Shown: piece after piece, positions 29,646-39,096 of the stretch
Numbering within the stretch: position 1 is the stretch's first letter
Layout of the letters: the number at the start of each line of letters is the position of its first letter
Assembly (NCBI GenBank): GCA_963802945.1
Contig: CAWDKY010000029.1
Coordinates: 192,001 to 256,000, forward strand
Length of the DNA stretch: 64,000 nt
Direction of reading: 5' to 3'
Source: an uncultured delta proteobacterium
GTDB taxonomy: Bacteria > Desulfobacterota > RBG-13-43-22
Notes under the pieces: generated by a model
What the model saw: only the letters and a program-made list of their open reading frames with translations
Database searches by the model: none
What the model was told of the DNA's origin: nothing
Made by a program: the position numbers and the translations under genes

Positions 29646-30329
29646 ATGGGCCTGAACTTGTTAAAGCAATGGAGTACGGGTGCCCTAATTGCTTTGGCCA
29701 CCGTTTTCATAAAAGCCTGGTTCGGTACCTGCCGCCCAAGGATCCTGCACGATGAGTTTCACAAAGAGTTTTTACTGGGTACCCGGCAATTCATAGGCGT
29801 CACCTGGCACCGGGCCTCCATTTTTTTCTGCTACTATTACGGTCCGTTTCACCCCATGATGATGTTCAGCCAAAGTCCGGATGGGGAATATATGGCCCGT
29901 TTTGCCCAGAAATGCGGCGTTATTCCGGTCAGAGGGTCATCCACCCGTGGGGGAGAGAGGGGTTTGATCCAAATGATCCGATCTATTCAAGAAGGGAAGC
30001 GGATATGTTCCACAGTTTTGGATGGCCCCCAAGGACCTCGTTTTAAGGCCAAAAAAGGTCTCCTTTTTTTGGCTAAAAAGACCGGCCTTCCCTTGCTTCC
30101 TGTCATCTGGTCGGCTCGACGAACCATCACCCTTGAAAAAACCTGGGATAAGACCCTGATTCCCTGGCCTTTTAGCGAGGTGGTTATTGCCTATGGTTCC
30201 CCAATGATGGTTCCTGAAGAGTGCACCGAATCGGAAATGGAAGCATTGCGGTTGGAGTTAGAAAATCGCTTAAATACGATTATGACGGAGGCTGACCAAG
30301 CTTGCAGTTATCAGACCCGATGGGATTGA
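29646..30329 (+). CDS. DUF374 / lysophospholipid acyltransferase family protein
   Basis: WH..SQSPDGE..VRGSSTRGG..DGPQGP..WDKTLIPWPFS. Confidence 0.88.
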   Translation: MGLNLLKQWSTGALIALATVFIKAWFGTCRPRILHDEFHKEFLLGTRQFIGVTWHRASIFFCYYYGPFHPMMMFSQSPDGEYMARFAQKCGVIPVRGSSTRGGERGLIQMIRSIQEGKRICSTVLDGPQGPRFKAKKGLLFLAKKTGLPLLPVIWSARRTITLEKTWDKTLIPWPFSEVVIAYGSPMMVPEECTESEMEALRLELENRLNTIMTEADQACSYQTRWD

Positions 30330-30330
30330 A

Positions 30331-30516
30331 GAATGCGGATTGTGAAATCATGAACTCGAGAATTCGATTCCAGAGACCCGATACCGGATGCCGGATGAAA
30401 GCCTCTATATCCATCCGGCAGGGGGCCTCTTGTATCCGAGATTGGTCAACTTATAAACCTTTTCTTTTCATCCCTCGTTTTTCAATCCACAATCTGTAAT
30501 CCGAAATCAGAAATCG
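30331..30516. repeat. Nested heptamer inverted arrays between convergent genes
   Basis: GAATGCGGATTGTGAAAT ... CAATCCACAATCTGTAATCCGAAATCAGAAATC; inner GATACCGGATGCCGGATG ... CATCCGGCA. Confidence 0.7.
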
Positions 30517-30792
30517 TTAGTGGTAATAACCGTTATGGATCTTGCCTAATTTTTTCATATGGAAAATTTTAGCCAATTCCCGAAGGAGGTGATTGGTGGA
30601 TTTTTCAATTTTTTCCAGATCCCGGTCGTTGAGAAGATCGGGTTGAAAGTCAGCGATCAATTCTTTCAAATTTTCCAGTTGTTGAAAGATATCCAGATGG
30701 ATAGCCTGTCCTCCCATAAACGCATGCACTTCCAGAATGGTCTCGAGGCAATTCTGTAACCGCAATTGTTTTTGTTGGGCTTTTATATTCAT
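30517..30792 (-). CDS. Hypothetical helical protein
   Basis: 91-aa ORF co-oriented with pilT/pilU; protein-like composition. Confidence 0.6.
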   Translation of the reverse strand: MNIKAQQKQLRLQNCLETILEVHAFMGGQAIHLDIFQQLENLKELIADFQPDLLNDRDLEKIEKSTNHLLRELAKIFHMKKLGKIHNGYYH

Positions 30793-30906
30793 GGATTGCT
30801 GTAGTTCATTTTAAGGTTAAGGACTAATCGATTTAAGGGGTTAGTAAAAAAGCCATTTTTGATACTTGAACCCTCAAGTCATCGGCTTGGGTTGAGTTCG
30901 TTAAAT

Positions 30907-31374
30907 TTAATATCTGAAAATTTGGAGGCGGGTCTGAATAAAAACCAGGTATAGATCCCTCCAAAGGGACCATGATTTTTTTATTTGTTTGGTGATTTCC
31001 GGCAATTGGTCGGGGTGAATTACTAAATTGACGCTATAAGAAAAGGCGGACAACATGTCTCCGGATTTGATATTTGTGCCGACCCAGACCACAAAAGTTT
31101 CTCTTCTTTGGCTCGTGGGCATATTTTGAATATATTCCAGCAAGGGGTTTGGTTGGGAATTTTTGCTACCAAAATCCTCTGCCAGTATAAAAAATTCAGG
31201 TTGTTCAAATTGAAGGACAGGAAGCACCTCCTCCACTTTGTTGACTAATAAAGGGTGTCCTCCTTCTTTACGGATGGCATTGACCAAAGGTTCAACCCCT
31301 GGGGATTGACCAGCGATTAATACCGTTCGATCGGACAAAGGGTTATTTTCAGATGCTGTCCATAATAGGCCCAT
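30907..31374 (-). CDS. Hypothetical protein with receiver-like alpha/beta character, downstream of pilU
   Basis: 155-aa ORF; MPTSQRRETFVVWVG..SGDMLSAFSYSVNLVI. Confidence 0.7.
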   Translation of the reverse strand: MGLLWTASENNPLSDRTVLIAGQSPGVEPLVNAIRKEGGHPLLVNKVEEVLPVLQFEQPEFFILAEDFGSKNSQPNPLLEYIQNMPTSQRRETFVVWVGTNIKSGDMLSAFSYSVNLVIHPDQLPEITKQIKKSWSLWRDLYLVFIQTRLQIFRY

Positions 31375-31401
31375 GAAGTTATTCTTCCTGATTCGTGAAA
31401 A

Positions 31402-32562
31402 TTATTTTCGATATTCCTGATCCAAGGCAAGATCTTCGATATCGGTTGTTTTTTCACCTCGACGGCTTTTAATCTGATCAATACCCCTTTGGGTGATGGC
31501 CCGCCTTGAGGCATAGAGTACAGCCGTTTCTTCGGAAATAAGATTTTGATTAAATTTAGAAAGAATATCTTGATCAAAGGTTTGACATCCAAAGGGCTGG
31601 CTGGTCTTCATAATTTCATAAAAGGTTTTATCTTCCGATTCTCCGTGCAAGATGAGATCTTGAACCCGAAGATTATTGATCATGACTTCAAAAACAGCCA
31701 CACGACCCAGATCGATCCGAGGCAGGAGTTTTTGGCTGACTATCCAACGAAGGGCGCCGGACAGACGGATCCGAATCTGCCTTTCCTCCTCCTGGTCGAA
31801 AAAACCTAAAATACGGTTCAAGGTCTGAGTGGCATCGATCGTATGAAGGGTGCTGAGAACCAGATGACCGGTTTCGGCGGCGTTTAAAGCGATTTCCATG
31901 GTCTCTCGGTCTCTGATTTCTCCCACCAGGATGACCTTGGGTGCCTGCCGCAAGGCCGCCCGCAGTCCATGGGCAAACGTGTCAAAATCAGTACCTAATT
32001 CCCGTTGATTAAAAGTAGCCTTTTTGTGGGAATGAACCAGTTCCACGGGATCTTCCAGAGTGATAACATGCACCGGCTCATTTTCATTGATTTCGTCGAG
32101 TATGGCCCCCAAGGAAGTGGTTTTTCCAGCTCCAGTCGCACCGGTAAAAAGGATAATTCCGTTTTTCTCGCGGGCCATTTTTTTAAAAACCAAAGGAAGG
32201 CTTAATTTCTCAATCGTGGGAGTTTCGACCGGAAGTTTGCGCATAACAATACTGTAATTATTTTTTTGTGAAAAAATACTGACCCGGAAGCGCACTTTAT
32301 CGTGGATGGCGTGAGAAAGGTCGCAAGAACCTTCTTTAAGCAGGGTTTCAATTTTTTGTCGGTCCGAACGCAGAAGATTCAAGGCTATAACTTCAGTTTG
32401 AAAAGGGGTTAAGACTTGAGTTGATAAATGCAATTGAACCGGCACGAGTTTGCCGTAGACTTCCACCTGGAATGGACGCCCAACCGTTAAGTTGATATCC
32501 GATATCTGGGGGTAATTTTCTACAATCTTGGATAGAATGAAATCAAGTTCTGCAAGACGCAT
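31402..32562 (-). CDS. pilU: PilT/PilU family retraction ATPase (PilU-like)
   Basis: [46 protein letters not shown]. Confidence 0.85.
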   Translation of the reverse strand: MRLAELDFILSKIVENYPQISDINLTVGRPFQVEVYGKLVPVQLHLSTQVLTPFQTEVIALNLLRSDRQKIETLLKEGSCDLSHAIHDKVRFRVSIFSQKNNYSIVMRKLPVETPTIEKLSLPLVFKKMAREKNGIILFTGATGAGKTTSLGAILDEINENEPVHVITLEDPVELVHSHKKATFNQRELGTDFDTFAHGLRAALRQAPKVILVGEIRDRETMEIALNAAETGHLVLSTLHTIDATQTLNRILGFFDQEEERQIRIRLSGALRWIVSQKLLPRIDLGRVAVFEVMINNLRVQDLILHGESEDKTFYEIMKTSQPFGCQTFDQDILSKFNQNLISEETAVLYASRRAITQRGIDQIKSRRGEKTTDIEDLALDQEYRK

Positions 32563-32582
32563 GGGATTGGTATTCCTTAACT

Positions 32583-32655
32583 ACGATGCCCGATACAGGA
32601 TGCACGATGGCTAAAGGACGAAAGAAGGACGAACCTCTGTTCCTCGTTCTTTTTA
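32583..32655. repeat. Heptamer-type arrays between pilT and pilU
   Basis: CGATGCCCGATACAGGATGCACGATG; GGACGAAAGAAGGACGAA opposite TTCCTCGTTCTT. Confidence 0.55.
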
Positions 32656-32671
32656 CCTCATGGCTCTCCGA

Positions 32672-33754
32672 TTATACTTCCGTAAAGTCGGTGCTTAAAT
32701 CTTTCGCATAGGATTTGAATTTTTCTTTGTCAATACATTTATTATAGGCTTCTTCTCCGGAAATCCACCCTTTTTTTAAATAATTGAAAATAGCATCATC
32801 CAAAGATTGCATGCCGTATTTTTTCCCTGTTTGAATAACCGATGGAATTTGATATGTTTTCCCTTCACGGATCAAATTACGTACAGCATAGGTGGCGATC
32901 AGGATTTCTAACGCGGCTACCCGACCTTTTTGGTCGATTCTTTTGAAGAGGGTCTGGGAGATAACGGCTCGCAGAGCATCGGCCAACGTAGCCCGAATCT
33001 GGGACTGCTGATCAGCCGGAAAGACTTCAATAATCCGATCAACGGTCTTGGAGGCACTTATGGTATGTAAGGTGGCAAAGACCAGATGGCCGGTTTCCGC
33101 CGCTTCAATGGCCAGAGAAACCGTTTCCAGGTCTCTCATTTCCCCAACTAGAATAATGTCCGGGTCTTCCCTCAAGGCCCCTCTGAGGGCTGTGGCAAAA
33201 GATCGGGTATGACGCCCGATTTCTCGATGATTGATCGTGCAGTTAATATTGGGATGCACAAATTCAATAGGGTCTTCTATAGTTAAAATATGGTCCTTAC
33301 GGGAACGGTTGGCATGGTCGACCACAGCCGCTAGAGTAGTTGATTTTCCGCTTCCAGTTGGACCGGTGACTAGGATTAATCCTTTGGGCAGCAAGGCCAA
33401 TCGCTTGATGACCTTAGGGAGTCCCAGTTCCTCTACGGTAGCGATTTTACTTGGAATTTCCCGAAAGACCGCACCCACCCCATAAAGTTGGCGGAAGAAG
33501 TTGGCTCTGTATCTGGCTAATCCGGGGATTTCATAAGCGAAATCCAAGTCCCCTGTCTCTTCAAATTGTTTGATTTTTTCCTCTGGGGTAATTTCATAGA
33601 GGAGGGCTTTTAGATCGTCATTCTCCAGGACACTATATTTGATCCGTTCCAATTCTCCCCGGATTCGAAGGATCGGCTGGGAGCCAGAAGACAAATGAAG
33701 GTCTGAAGCTCCTTGGTCATGCATTAATTTAAAAAAAGCGTCTATTTGGGCCAT
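32672..33754 (-). CDS. pilT: Type IV pilus retraction ATPase PilT
   Basis: GASDLHL, GPTGSGKSTT, ALREDPDIILVGEMRD, AVRNLIRE. Confidence 0.95.
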   Translation of the reverse strand: MAQIDAFFKLMHDQGASDLHLSSGSQPILRIRGELERIKYSVLENDDLKALLYEITPEEKIKQFEETGDLDFAYEIPGLARYRANFFRQLYGVGAVFREIPSKIATVEELGLPKVIKRLALLPKGLILVTGPTGSGKSTTLAAVVDHANRSRKDHILTIEDPIEFVHPNINCTINHREIGRHTRSFATALRGALREDPDIILVGEMRDLETVSLAIEAAETGHLVFATLHTISASKTVDRIIEVFPADQQSQIRATLADALRAVISQTLFKRIDQKGRVAALEILIATYAVRNLIREGKTYQIPSVIQTGKKYGMQSLDDAIFNYLKKGWISGEEAYNKCIDKEKFKSYAKDLSTDFTEV

Positions 33755-33767
33755 GAGTCCTCTTGAA

Positions 33768-33883
33768 GATGATGGATAAAAGATGCCGGAGGCCGGAAGA
33801 ATAATGCATGATGCATGATAAAAAAAGTTTACGACCCACCTTCTGAATCTTGGATCATGTATCGTGTATCAGGCCTCAGGCCT
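33768..33883. repeat. Heptamer inverted arrays upstream of pilT
   Basis: GATGCCGGAGGCCGGA..ATGCATGATGCATGAT opposite ATCATGTATCGTGTATCAGGCCTCAGGCCTC. Confidence 0.7.
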
Positions 33884-33894
33884 CTTTTTTAGGG

Positions 33895-34233
33895 TTAACG
33901 TATCAACCAATTAATAAGCCAACTGACAATACTGATAATCAGTGCTCCGATTACCGCAGCCCAAAAACCTTGAATCACAAATCCTTTTATCATGAAGGAA
34001 ACGAACCAGAGCATGGCCCCGTTGATGATAAAGGTAAAAAGTCCTAAGGTAAGGATGTTGATCGGCAAGGTTAGAATGATCAATATGGGGCGTATAAGGG
34101 CATTCAAGATACCGAGCAGCAGGGCGGCCATGAGGATTGCCGCCGGGCCTGAAGCTTCAATTCCCTTAACCAGATAAGTTGTGATTAAAATGGCCAGGGC
34201 ATTGATGAACCACTTAAGTAAAAAAATATGCAT
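33895..34233 (-). CDS. 4-TM membrane protein, YvlD/phage-holin-4 family
   Basis: LGILNALIRPILIILTLPINILTLGLFTFIING. Confidence 0.9.
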   Translation of the reverse strand: MHIFLLKWFINALAILITTYLVKGIEASGPAAILMAALLLGILNALIRPILIILTLPINILTLGLFTFIINGAMLWFVSFMIKGFVIQGFWAAVIGALIISIVSWLINWLIR

Positions 34234-34425
34234 AGTTAATAAATAACATATTTGAGTCCGAGAGTAAATTATATTTTTATTGACGCCTCTACCAAAAAAT
34301 ACTAAAAATAAACAAGGAATCTTTTTCTTTTACCAGGAAGCTCAAAAAAAATTTGCAAATTTTGCCGAGTTTTTGATATCGGCTTTTGGTAAAGTCCATT
34401 GATTTAGATTGAAAAGGAGATCTCT

Positions 34426-35316
34426 TTGGCAGCAAGGATCATCAGCGGGACTGAGGTAGCCAAACAAATCCGGGAAGAGCTGAAACAGGAAGTAGAGAGT
34501 CAAAAGATCCAAACGGGGATTATTCCCGGATTGGTGACCATCCTAGTAGGGGAAGATCCGGCCTCGGTCAGTTATGTGACCGGGAAGCAAAAGACGGCCA
34601 AGGAATTAGGGTTCTATTCCATTCAGGACAACCAACCGGCGGATATCAGCGAAGAAGCCTTGTTGACCCTGATCGGCCAATATAATAACAATACGAAAAT
34701 TCACGGGATTCTGGTTCAGTTGCCCCTTCCTCGAACTATTAACGAGACCAAAATTCTCTATGCCATTGATCCTAAAAAAGATGTGGATGGATGTCATCCG
34801 ACCAGTCTAGGAAAATTGCTAACCGGAGAGGCCGATTATCTGCCCTGTACACCGGCTGGGATCCAAGAGCTTTTGGTTCGTTCCGGCGTCAAAACCAAAG
34901 GGGCCGAGTTGGTAATTGTGGGACGTTCCAATCTGGTTGGGAAACCCTTGGCCAATATCATGCTGCAGAAAAAAGAAGGGGCCAATTGCACGGTGACCAT
35001 CGTTCATACCGGTACGCCCCAGGAAAAAATCATCGAACACTGCCGACGCGCCGATATCCTGGTTGTGGCTGCCGGTGTAGTCAACTATGTCAAAGCCGAC
35101 TGGATAAAAGAAGGAGCTGCGGTTATTGACGTGGGTGTTACCAGAATCGGGATGAGTGAATCAGGGAAGGCTATTCTGGCCGGAGATGTTGATTTTGAAA
35201 AGGTAAAGGAGAAGGCCGGGTTAATTACCCCGGTGCCTGGCGGAGTGGGACCAATGACCATCACCATGTTGATGAAAAATACGGTCAAAGCCGCCAAGTT
35301 GTCCGCTGGGAAATAA
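34426..35316 (+). CDS. folD: Methylenetetrahydrofolate dehydrogenase/cyclohydrolase
   Basis: VGEDPASVSYV, HGILVQLPLP, KDVDG, PCTPAG, PVPGGVGPMT. Confidence 0.97.
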   Translation: MAARIISGTEVAKQIREELKQEVESQKIQTGIIPGLVTILVGEDPASVSYVTGKQKTAKELGFYSIQDNQPADISEEALLTLIGQYNNNTKIHGILVQLPLPRTINETKILYAIDPKKDVDGCHPTSLGKLLTGEADYLPCTPAGIQELLVRSGVKTKGAELVIVGRSNLVGKPLANIMLQKKEGANCTVTIVHTGTPQEKIIEHCRRADILVVAAGVVNYVKADWIKEGAAVIDVGVTRIGMSESGKAILAGDVDFEKVKEKAGLITPVPGGVGPMTITMLMKNTVKAAKLSAGK

Positions 35317-35396
35317 ATTAAGTTACGGATTGCGGGTTCCGAGTTTTAATCGTTTTAACACAAAACAGATAACCCGAAATTCAAAACAGCTTTTAA

Positions 35397-35476
35397 CCGC
35401 TTGGATCCAAGTGTTGGACTGGGACGGGGAATCGGAATTTAGAAGACCCCTGGACTATGTCCGGGGGCTTTTTTTT
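35397..35476 (+). promoter_or_regulatory. panB leader: pan-motif-like bulged hairpin followed by an intrinsic terminator
   Basis: CCGCTTGGATCCAA-GTG-TTGGACTGGGACGG (two bulged A), then CCCCTGGAC-TAT-GTCCGGGGG-C-T8, ending 65 nt before the panB ATG. Confidence 0.65.
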
Positions 35477-35540
35477 AAACGACCCCCAAAGGAGAACTTC
35501 GAAAATAAAACGGTGTTACGAATTGAAGAAGGAGGGAGTT

Positions 35541-36410
35541 ATGGAAAGAAAAAAGGTGATGATTCAAGATTTACTGGCCAAAAAGAAAGAAGGAAAAAAA
35601 ATAACCATGTTGACCGCCTATGATTTTGCTATAGCCTCTTTTATTGATCAGGTGGGAATAGATATGATTCTTGTTGGTGATACGCTAGGTATGGTGGTTT
35701 TAGGATATGATTCTACTGTACCGGTAACCATGGAGGAGATGATTCATCACTGCAAGGCCGTCCGTAGAGGGTTGAGCTATGCCTATATGATAGGAGACAT
35801 GCCATTTATGTCTTATAACATCTCCAAGGAAGAGGCCATCAGAAATGCCGGAAGGTTTTTGAAAGAGGCCGGGTGTGATGCGGTGAAATTGGAAGGTGGA
35901 CTGGAGGTGGCCGAAACCGTCAGAGCTATTGTTCTGGCCGGAATTCCTGTTATGGCTCATATCGGACTGACCCCTCAGACCGCAGGTCAATTAGGGGGTT
36001 TCAAAGTCCAGGGAAAGGATGCGGCCTCGGCCCAGCGTCTGCTGGATTCTGCCTTGGCCCTGGAAGAGGCCGGGGCTAATTCCATCGTTTTGGAATGTAT
36101 TCCCGATAAGCTGGCCGGTTTGATTTCCAAATCCTTAAGAATTCCCACCATAGGAATCGGTGCCGGCCTGGAATGTGACGGCCAAGTTTTGGTCACCAAC
36201 GATCTGTTAGGGATGTTTGAAAGATTTACGCCAAAATTTGTTAAACAATACATTAAATTATTCCCCATGATTAAAGAAGCGGTTGAGGCCTATAAAAAAG
36301 ACGTAGAGGCAGGAAAATTTCCAGGACCGGAACATTCCTTTGTTATGGAAGCCAAGGAATTGAGTCGAATTAAGGTGAATAAAAAAGGGGAAGATGCCGT
36401 TTGGATTTAA
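35541..36410 (+). CDS. panB: 3-methyl-2-oxobutanoate hydroxymethyltransferase
   Basis: MLTAYD, ILVGDTLG, DMPFMSY, AVKLEGG, HIGLTPQ; GGAGGGAG RBS. Confidence 0.97.
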   Translation: MERKKVMIQDLLAKKKEGKKITMLTAYDFAIASFIDQVGIDMILVGDTLGMVVLGYDSTVPVTMEEMIHHCKAVRRGLSYAYMIGDMPFMSYNISKEEAIRNAGRFLKEAGCDAVKLEGGLEVAETVRAIVLAGIPVMAHIGLTPQTAGQLGGFKVQGKDAASAQRLLDSALALEEAGANSIVLECIPDKLAGLISKSLRIPTIGIGAGLECDGQVLVTNDLLGMFERFTPKFVKQYIKLFPMIKEAVEAYKKDVEAGKFPGPEHSFVMEAKELSRIKVNKKGEDAVWI

Positions 36411-36465
36411 TACTTGGGGCCTTCAAAAAGTCTTATATCTGTAAAAAAATAACGGAGTAAAAACA

Positions 36466-37416
36466 ATGAAAACCGCTGTTGTCGGTCCAGGGGCCATGGG
36501 TTGTCTTTTGGCTGGGAAGATAGCTCTTGCCGGTAACGAATGTATCCTGTTAGATATCATCCCGGAGCGGGTCGAAATCATCAACCACCGGGGTTTGATC
36601 ATAGAAGGGATCCAGGGATCTTTTCAAGTCAAAGTCCCAGCCACATTAAACCCTGTGGATCTGTTGCCGACAGAATTGATACTAGTCTGTGTCAAGGCCT
36701 ATGATACCCAAATTGTGGCCCAAGTCCTTCAAGGCATTGGTTCGAATGCTTATGTTTTGACCCTCCAAAACGGTGTGGGCAATGTGGAAACCCTGGGTGA
36801 ATATCTTCCCAAAGAAAAAATTATCGGCGGAATTACCTCACACGGGGCTACCGAACTGGGCTCGGGTCGGGTGCGCCACGCCGGGCAGGGGGATACCTTT
36901 ATCGGGTATGGATTCTCGAAAGGCGAAGGTGATCCGTCTCAAGACCCTCAATTAAAAAAAATTAAATCGCTGTTGACCAAAGCCGGTTTTGTCACCCAAC
37001 TGGTGTCCAAGGTTGAAAACCTGATCTGGAGCAAACTGTTGATCAATGTCGGGATCAATGCCCTGACGGCCCTGACTCGTTTGCCGAATGGGAAACTGAT
37101 TGATTCTCCGGGTGCGAAGGAAATCTTGGATGAGGCCGTTCAAGAGGGTATCCGGATTGGAAAAAAGAAAGGGATTGAATTCATCTATGCCGATCCTTCC
37201 GCCCAGGTCAAAAAAGTCTGTCAATTCACCAGTGCCAATATTTCTTCCATGCTCCAGGATGTCCTAAAAAAGAAAAGGACGGAAATTGATTTTATCAACG
37301 GAGTGATTATGCGTGAAGGTCAGCGTTTTGGGATTCCGGTGCCTGTTAATTCTCTGCTGACGCGTTTGGTAAAAACGATTGAAGAATCGTATGAGCAGAC
37401 GGTAAGTGAGGAATGA
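36466..37416 (+). CDS. panE: 2-dehydropantoate 2-reductase
   Basis: GPGAMG, VKAYD, LQNGVGN, WSKLLINVGIN, SSMLQD..TEIDFING. Confidence 0.95.
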   Translation: MKTAVVGPGAMGCLLAGKIALAGNECILLDIIPERVEIINHRGLIIEGIQGSFQVKVPATLNPVDLLPTELILVCVKAYDTQIVAQVLQGIGSNAYVLTLQNGVGNVETLGEYLPKEKIIGGITSHGATELGSGRVRHAGQGDTFIGYGFSKGEGDPSQDPQLKKIKSLLTKAGFVTQLVSKVENLIWSKLLINVGINALTALTRLPNGKLIDSPGAKEILDEAVQEGIRIGKKKGIEFIYADPSAQVKKVCQFTSANISSMLQDVLKKKRTEIDFINGVIMREGQRFGIPVPVNSLLTRLVKTIEESYEQTVSEE

Positions 37417-37499
37417 TGGATAACCTCGGATTCCGGATTTAGGAATGAAAGAATGACGAAGGACGGTTTTTCCCCCTCCCTCCTCTCAGCCTTCAGGTA

Positions 37500-37622
37500 T
37501 CAGGCTTGAGGGGCGGTCGTTGCTTCTCTGATCGTTTTGGCGGCTAACTTTTTTCGTTTTTCTCTGCGCTGTCGTCTCCGTTCAATTTCTCTGACTCTTT
37601 CAATTTTTTTATGTTTTGCCAA
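37500..37622 (-). CDS. 40-aa highly basic small protein (below the ORF-track cut-off)
   Basis: TTG start after GGGGTG; MAKHKKIERVREIERRRQRREKRKKLAAKTIREATTAPQA*. Confidence 0.65.
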   Translation of the reverse strand: MAKHKKIERVREIERRRQRREKRKKLAAKTIREATTAPQA

Positions 37623-38185
37623 ATCATCACCCCGCTTTCATCTAGCGATACAAACATTCAGACTTCAAAGATACTTTTCCCCTTTGCACTTTATGGGTTG
37701 AGTAATAAATATCTTTTAAATTTATTATCTATTATGGAAGCAATCAGAGATTCTGTCAAGTCTCATGTTTTTTGCCTCGCTTAGAGCGCCTCGTTAATAA
37801 AGCAAGAGGGCAAGGCAAATAAGAAAATCGATTTTTTCATGGGAGGCCTCTACCTTGCATTCCCTGGAAATTAATAAGATCATTCCTTATCTCCTTCCTT
37901 GTTTCGTATTTCCTTGATAGGGAGGATTAAGGGAGGAGGGGGAGGCTGCACATTAATAGATTAATGATCTCTTCGAAAAGGCAATGAAACCCGTGCTTCC
38001 CCCAATTTTAATTCTGCATATAGACTAAGATTATCAAATCAATACCTCAGAAACTGGGCATTCTAAATTCATCTCTTAAAGTGAATGACCCCGAACAGTA
38101 TTAAAAAGTAAAGATTTCGAAACACCGTCTTCCTTGAATCCGAAAAGATAGAAGAAAAACGCCGGGAGACCTTCACGGTTTGTCT

Positions 38186-38736
38186 TTACAGCTTTCCTTC
38201 CCGGATAAACCTGGCCCCTTCCTCCAGTGCGGCCGTATTGATGGGAATCATCTTGTGGTAACGCTTATCCATGACCCGCTTGAAGGCTTTCACCACGGCC
38301 TCCTGTGAGATAGCCTTGGTTTCTTCGATCATGGCCCCCATCATGGCCATATTGGCCAATCGCTGATCTCCGACCTGGGCGGCCAGCTCGATGGTTGGCA
38401 CCATAATCATCTTGGCATCCGGTTTTTCAAAATCCTGGACGTCAATCAAGGAAGAGTTAACAAAAAGCCATCCACCAGGCTGGACCATCGGCCCGAACCT
38501 CAATAAAGACGGCTTATTCATGATCACCTCGGTTATTGGGTGATGAATGACCGGGGAACCGATCTCTTCATCGGATATAACCACCGTACAATTGGCCGTT
38601 CCCCGCGCATCTCCACGCCATATACGGGCATATAGGTGACATGACGGCCTTCTTCCATGGCCGCATAAGTCAGCAGGTTGCCGAGCAACAGAACCCCCTG
38701 TCCTCCAAAACCGGCGAAGATAACATCGAAATACAT
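38186..38736 (-). CDS. 2-oxoacid:ferredoxin oxidoreductase gamma subunit (one apparent frameshift near 38602)
   Basis: FAGFGGQG..YGVEMRG[G]TANCTVVISDEEIGSP restored by adding one base in a C-run. Confidence 0.88.
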
Positions 38737-38750
38737 GATTAAACTCCTGA

Positions 38751-39096
38751 GGCTGTTAGCTGCTAGCAATCAGCTTTCAGCTTTTTAATAAATGAAGATA
38801 ATATCTTTTTTACTTCAATTAATTCTTGGTTCAGTTCGTTATAATCCAAGTTAGTTAAAAACCCAAATCATGAGCAAGTAATAGATGACGGCTTCGTTAA
38901 AAGCGGGATATGTCCCTTGGTGTCATTCCGGCGAAAGCCGGAATCCAGAATTAACAATTAGTTACAATTTTCCTGGACCTCGATTTTCACCGGGGTGACG
39001 ACTTTTTACGGTTTCATCATAGATGATATTCCAGTTCATTAAAATTTTTCAAATGGCCAACTCGCTGACTGCTGATCGCTAATTGCTTCCTAGCTG
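38751..39096. repeat. Heptamer inverted arms (38751-38782, 39064-39096) enclosing about 280 bp between the beta and gamma genes
   Basis: GCTGTTAGCTGCTAGCAATCAGCTTTCAGCT opposite GCTGACTGCTGATCGCTAATTGCTTCCTAGCTG. Confidence 0.7.
38886..39019. mobile_element. MITE-like element with internal REP/RPE-like palindrome pair
   Basis: Imperfect TIR TGACGGCTTCGTTAAAAG / CTTTTTACGGTTTCATCA; internal GTCATTCCGGCGAAAGCCGGAATCCAG ... CTGGACCTCGATTTTCACCGGGGTGAC. Confidence 0.65.

Noticed and set aside
33895-34233. Prophage, suggested by the holin-family protein
   Set aside because: This membrane family is common in chromosomes, and no phage genes are nearby.
3622-38736. Pseudogenes for oppF, pilB, PxxKW and vor gamma
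   Set aside because: The breaks are small indels, mostly in homopolymers, with no nonsense substitutions and intact motifs; sequencing error is more likely.
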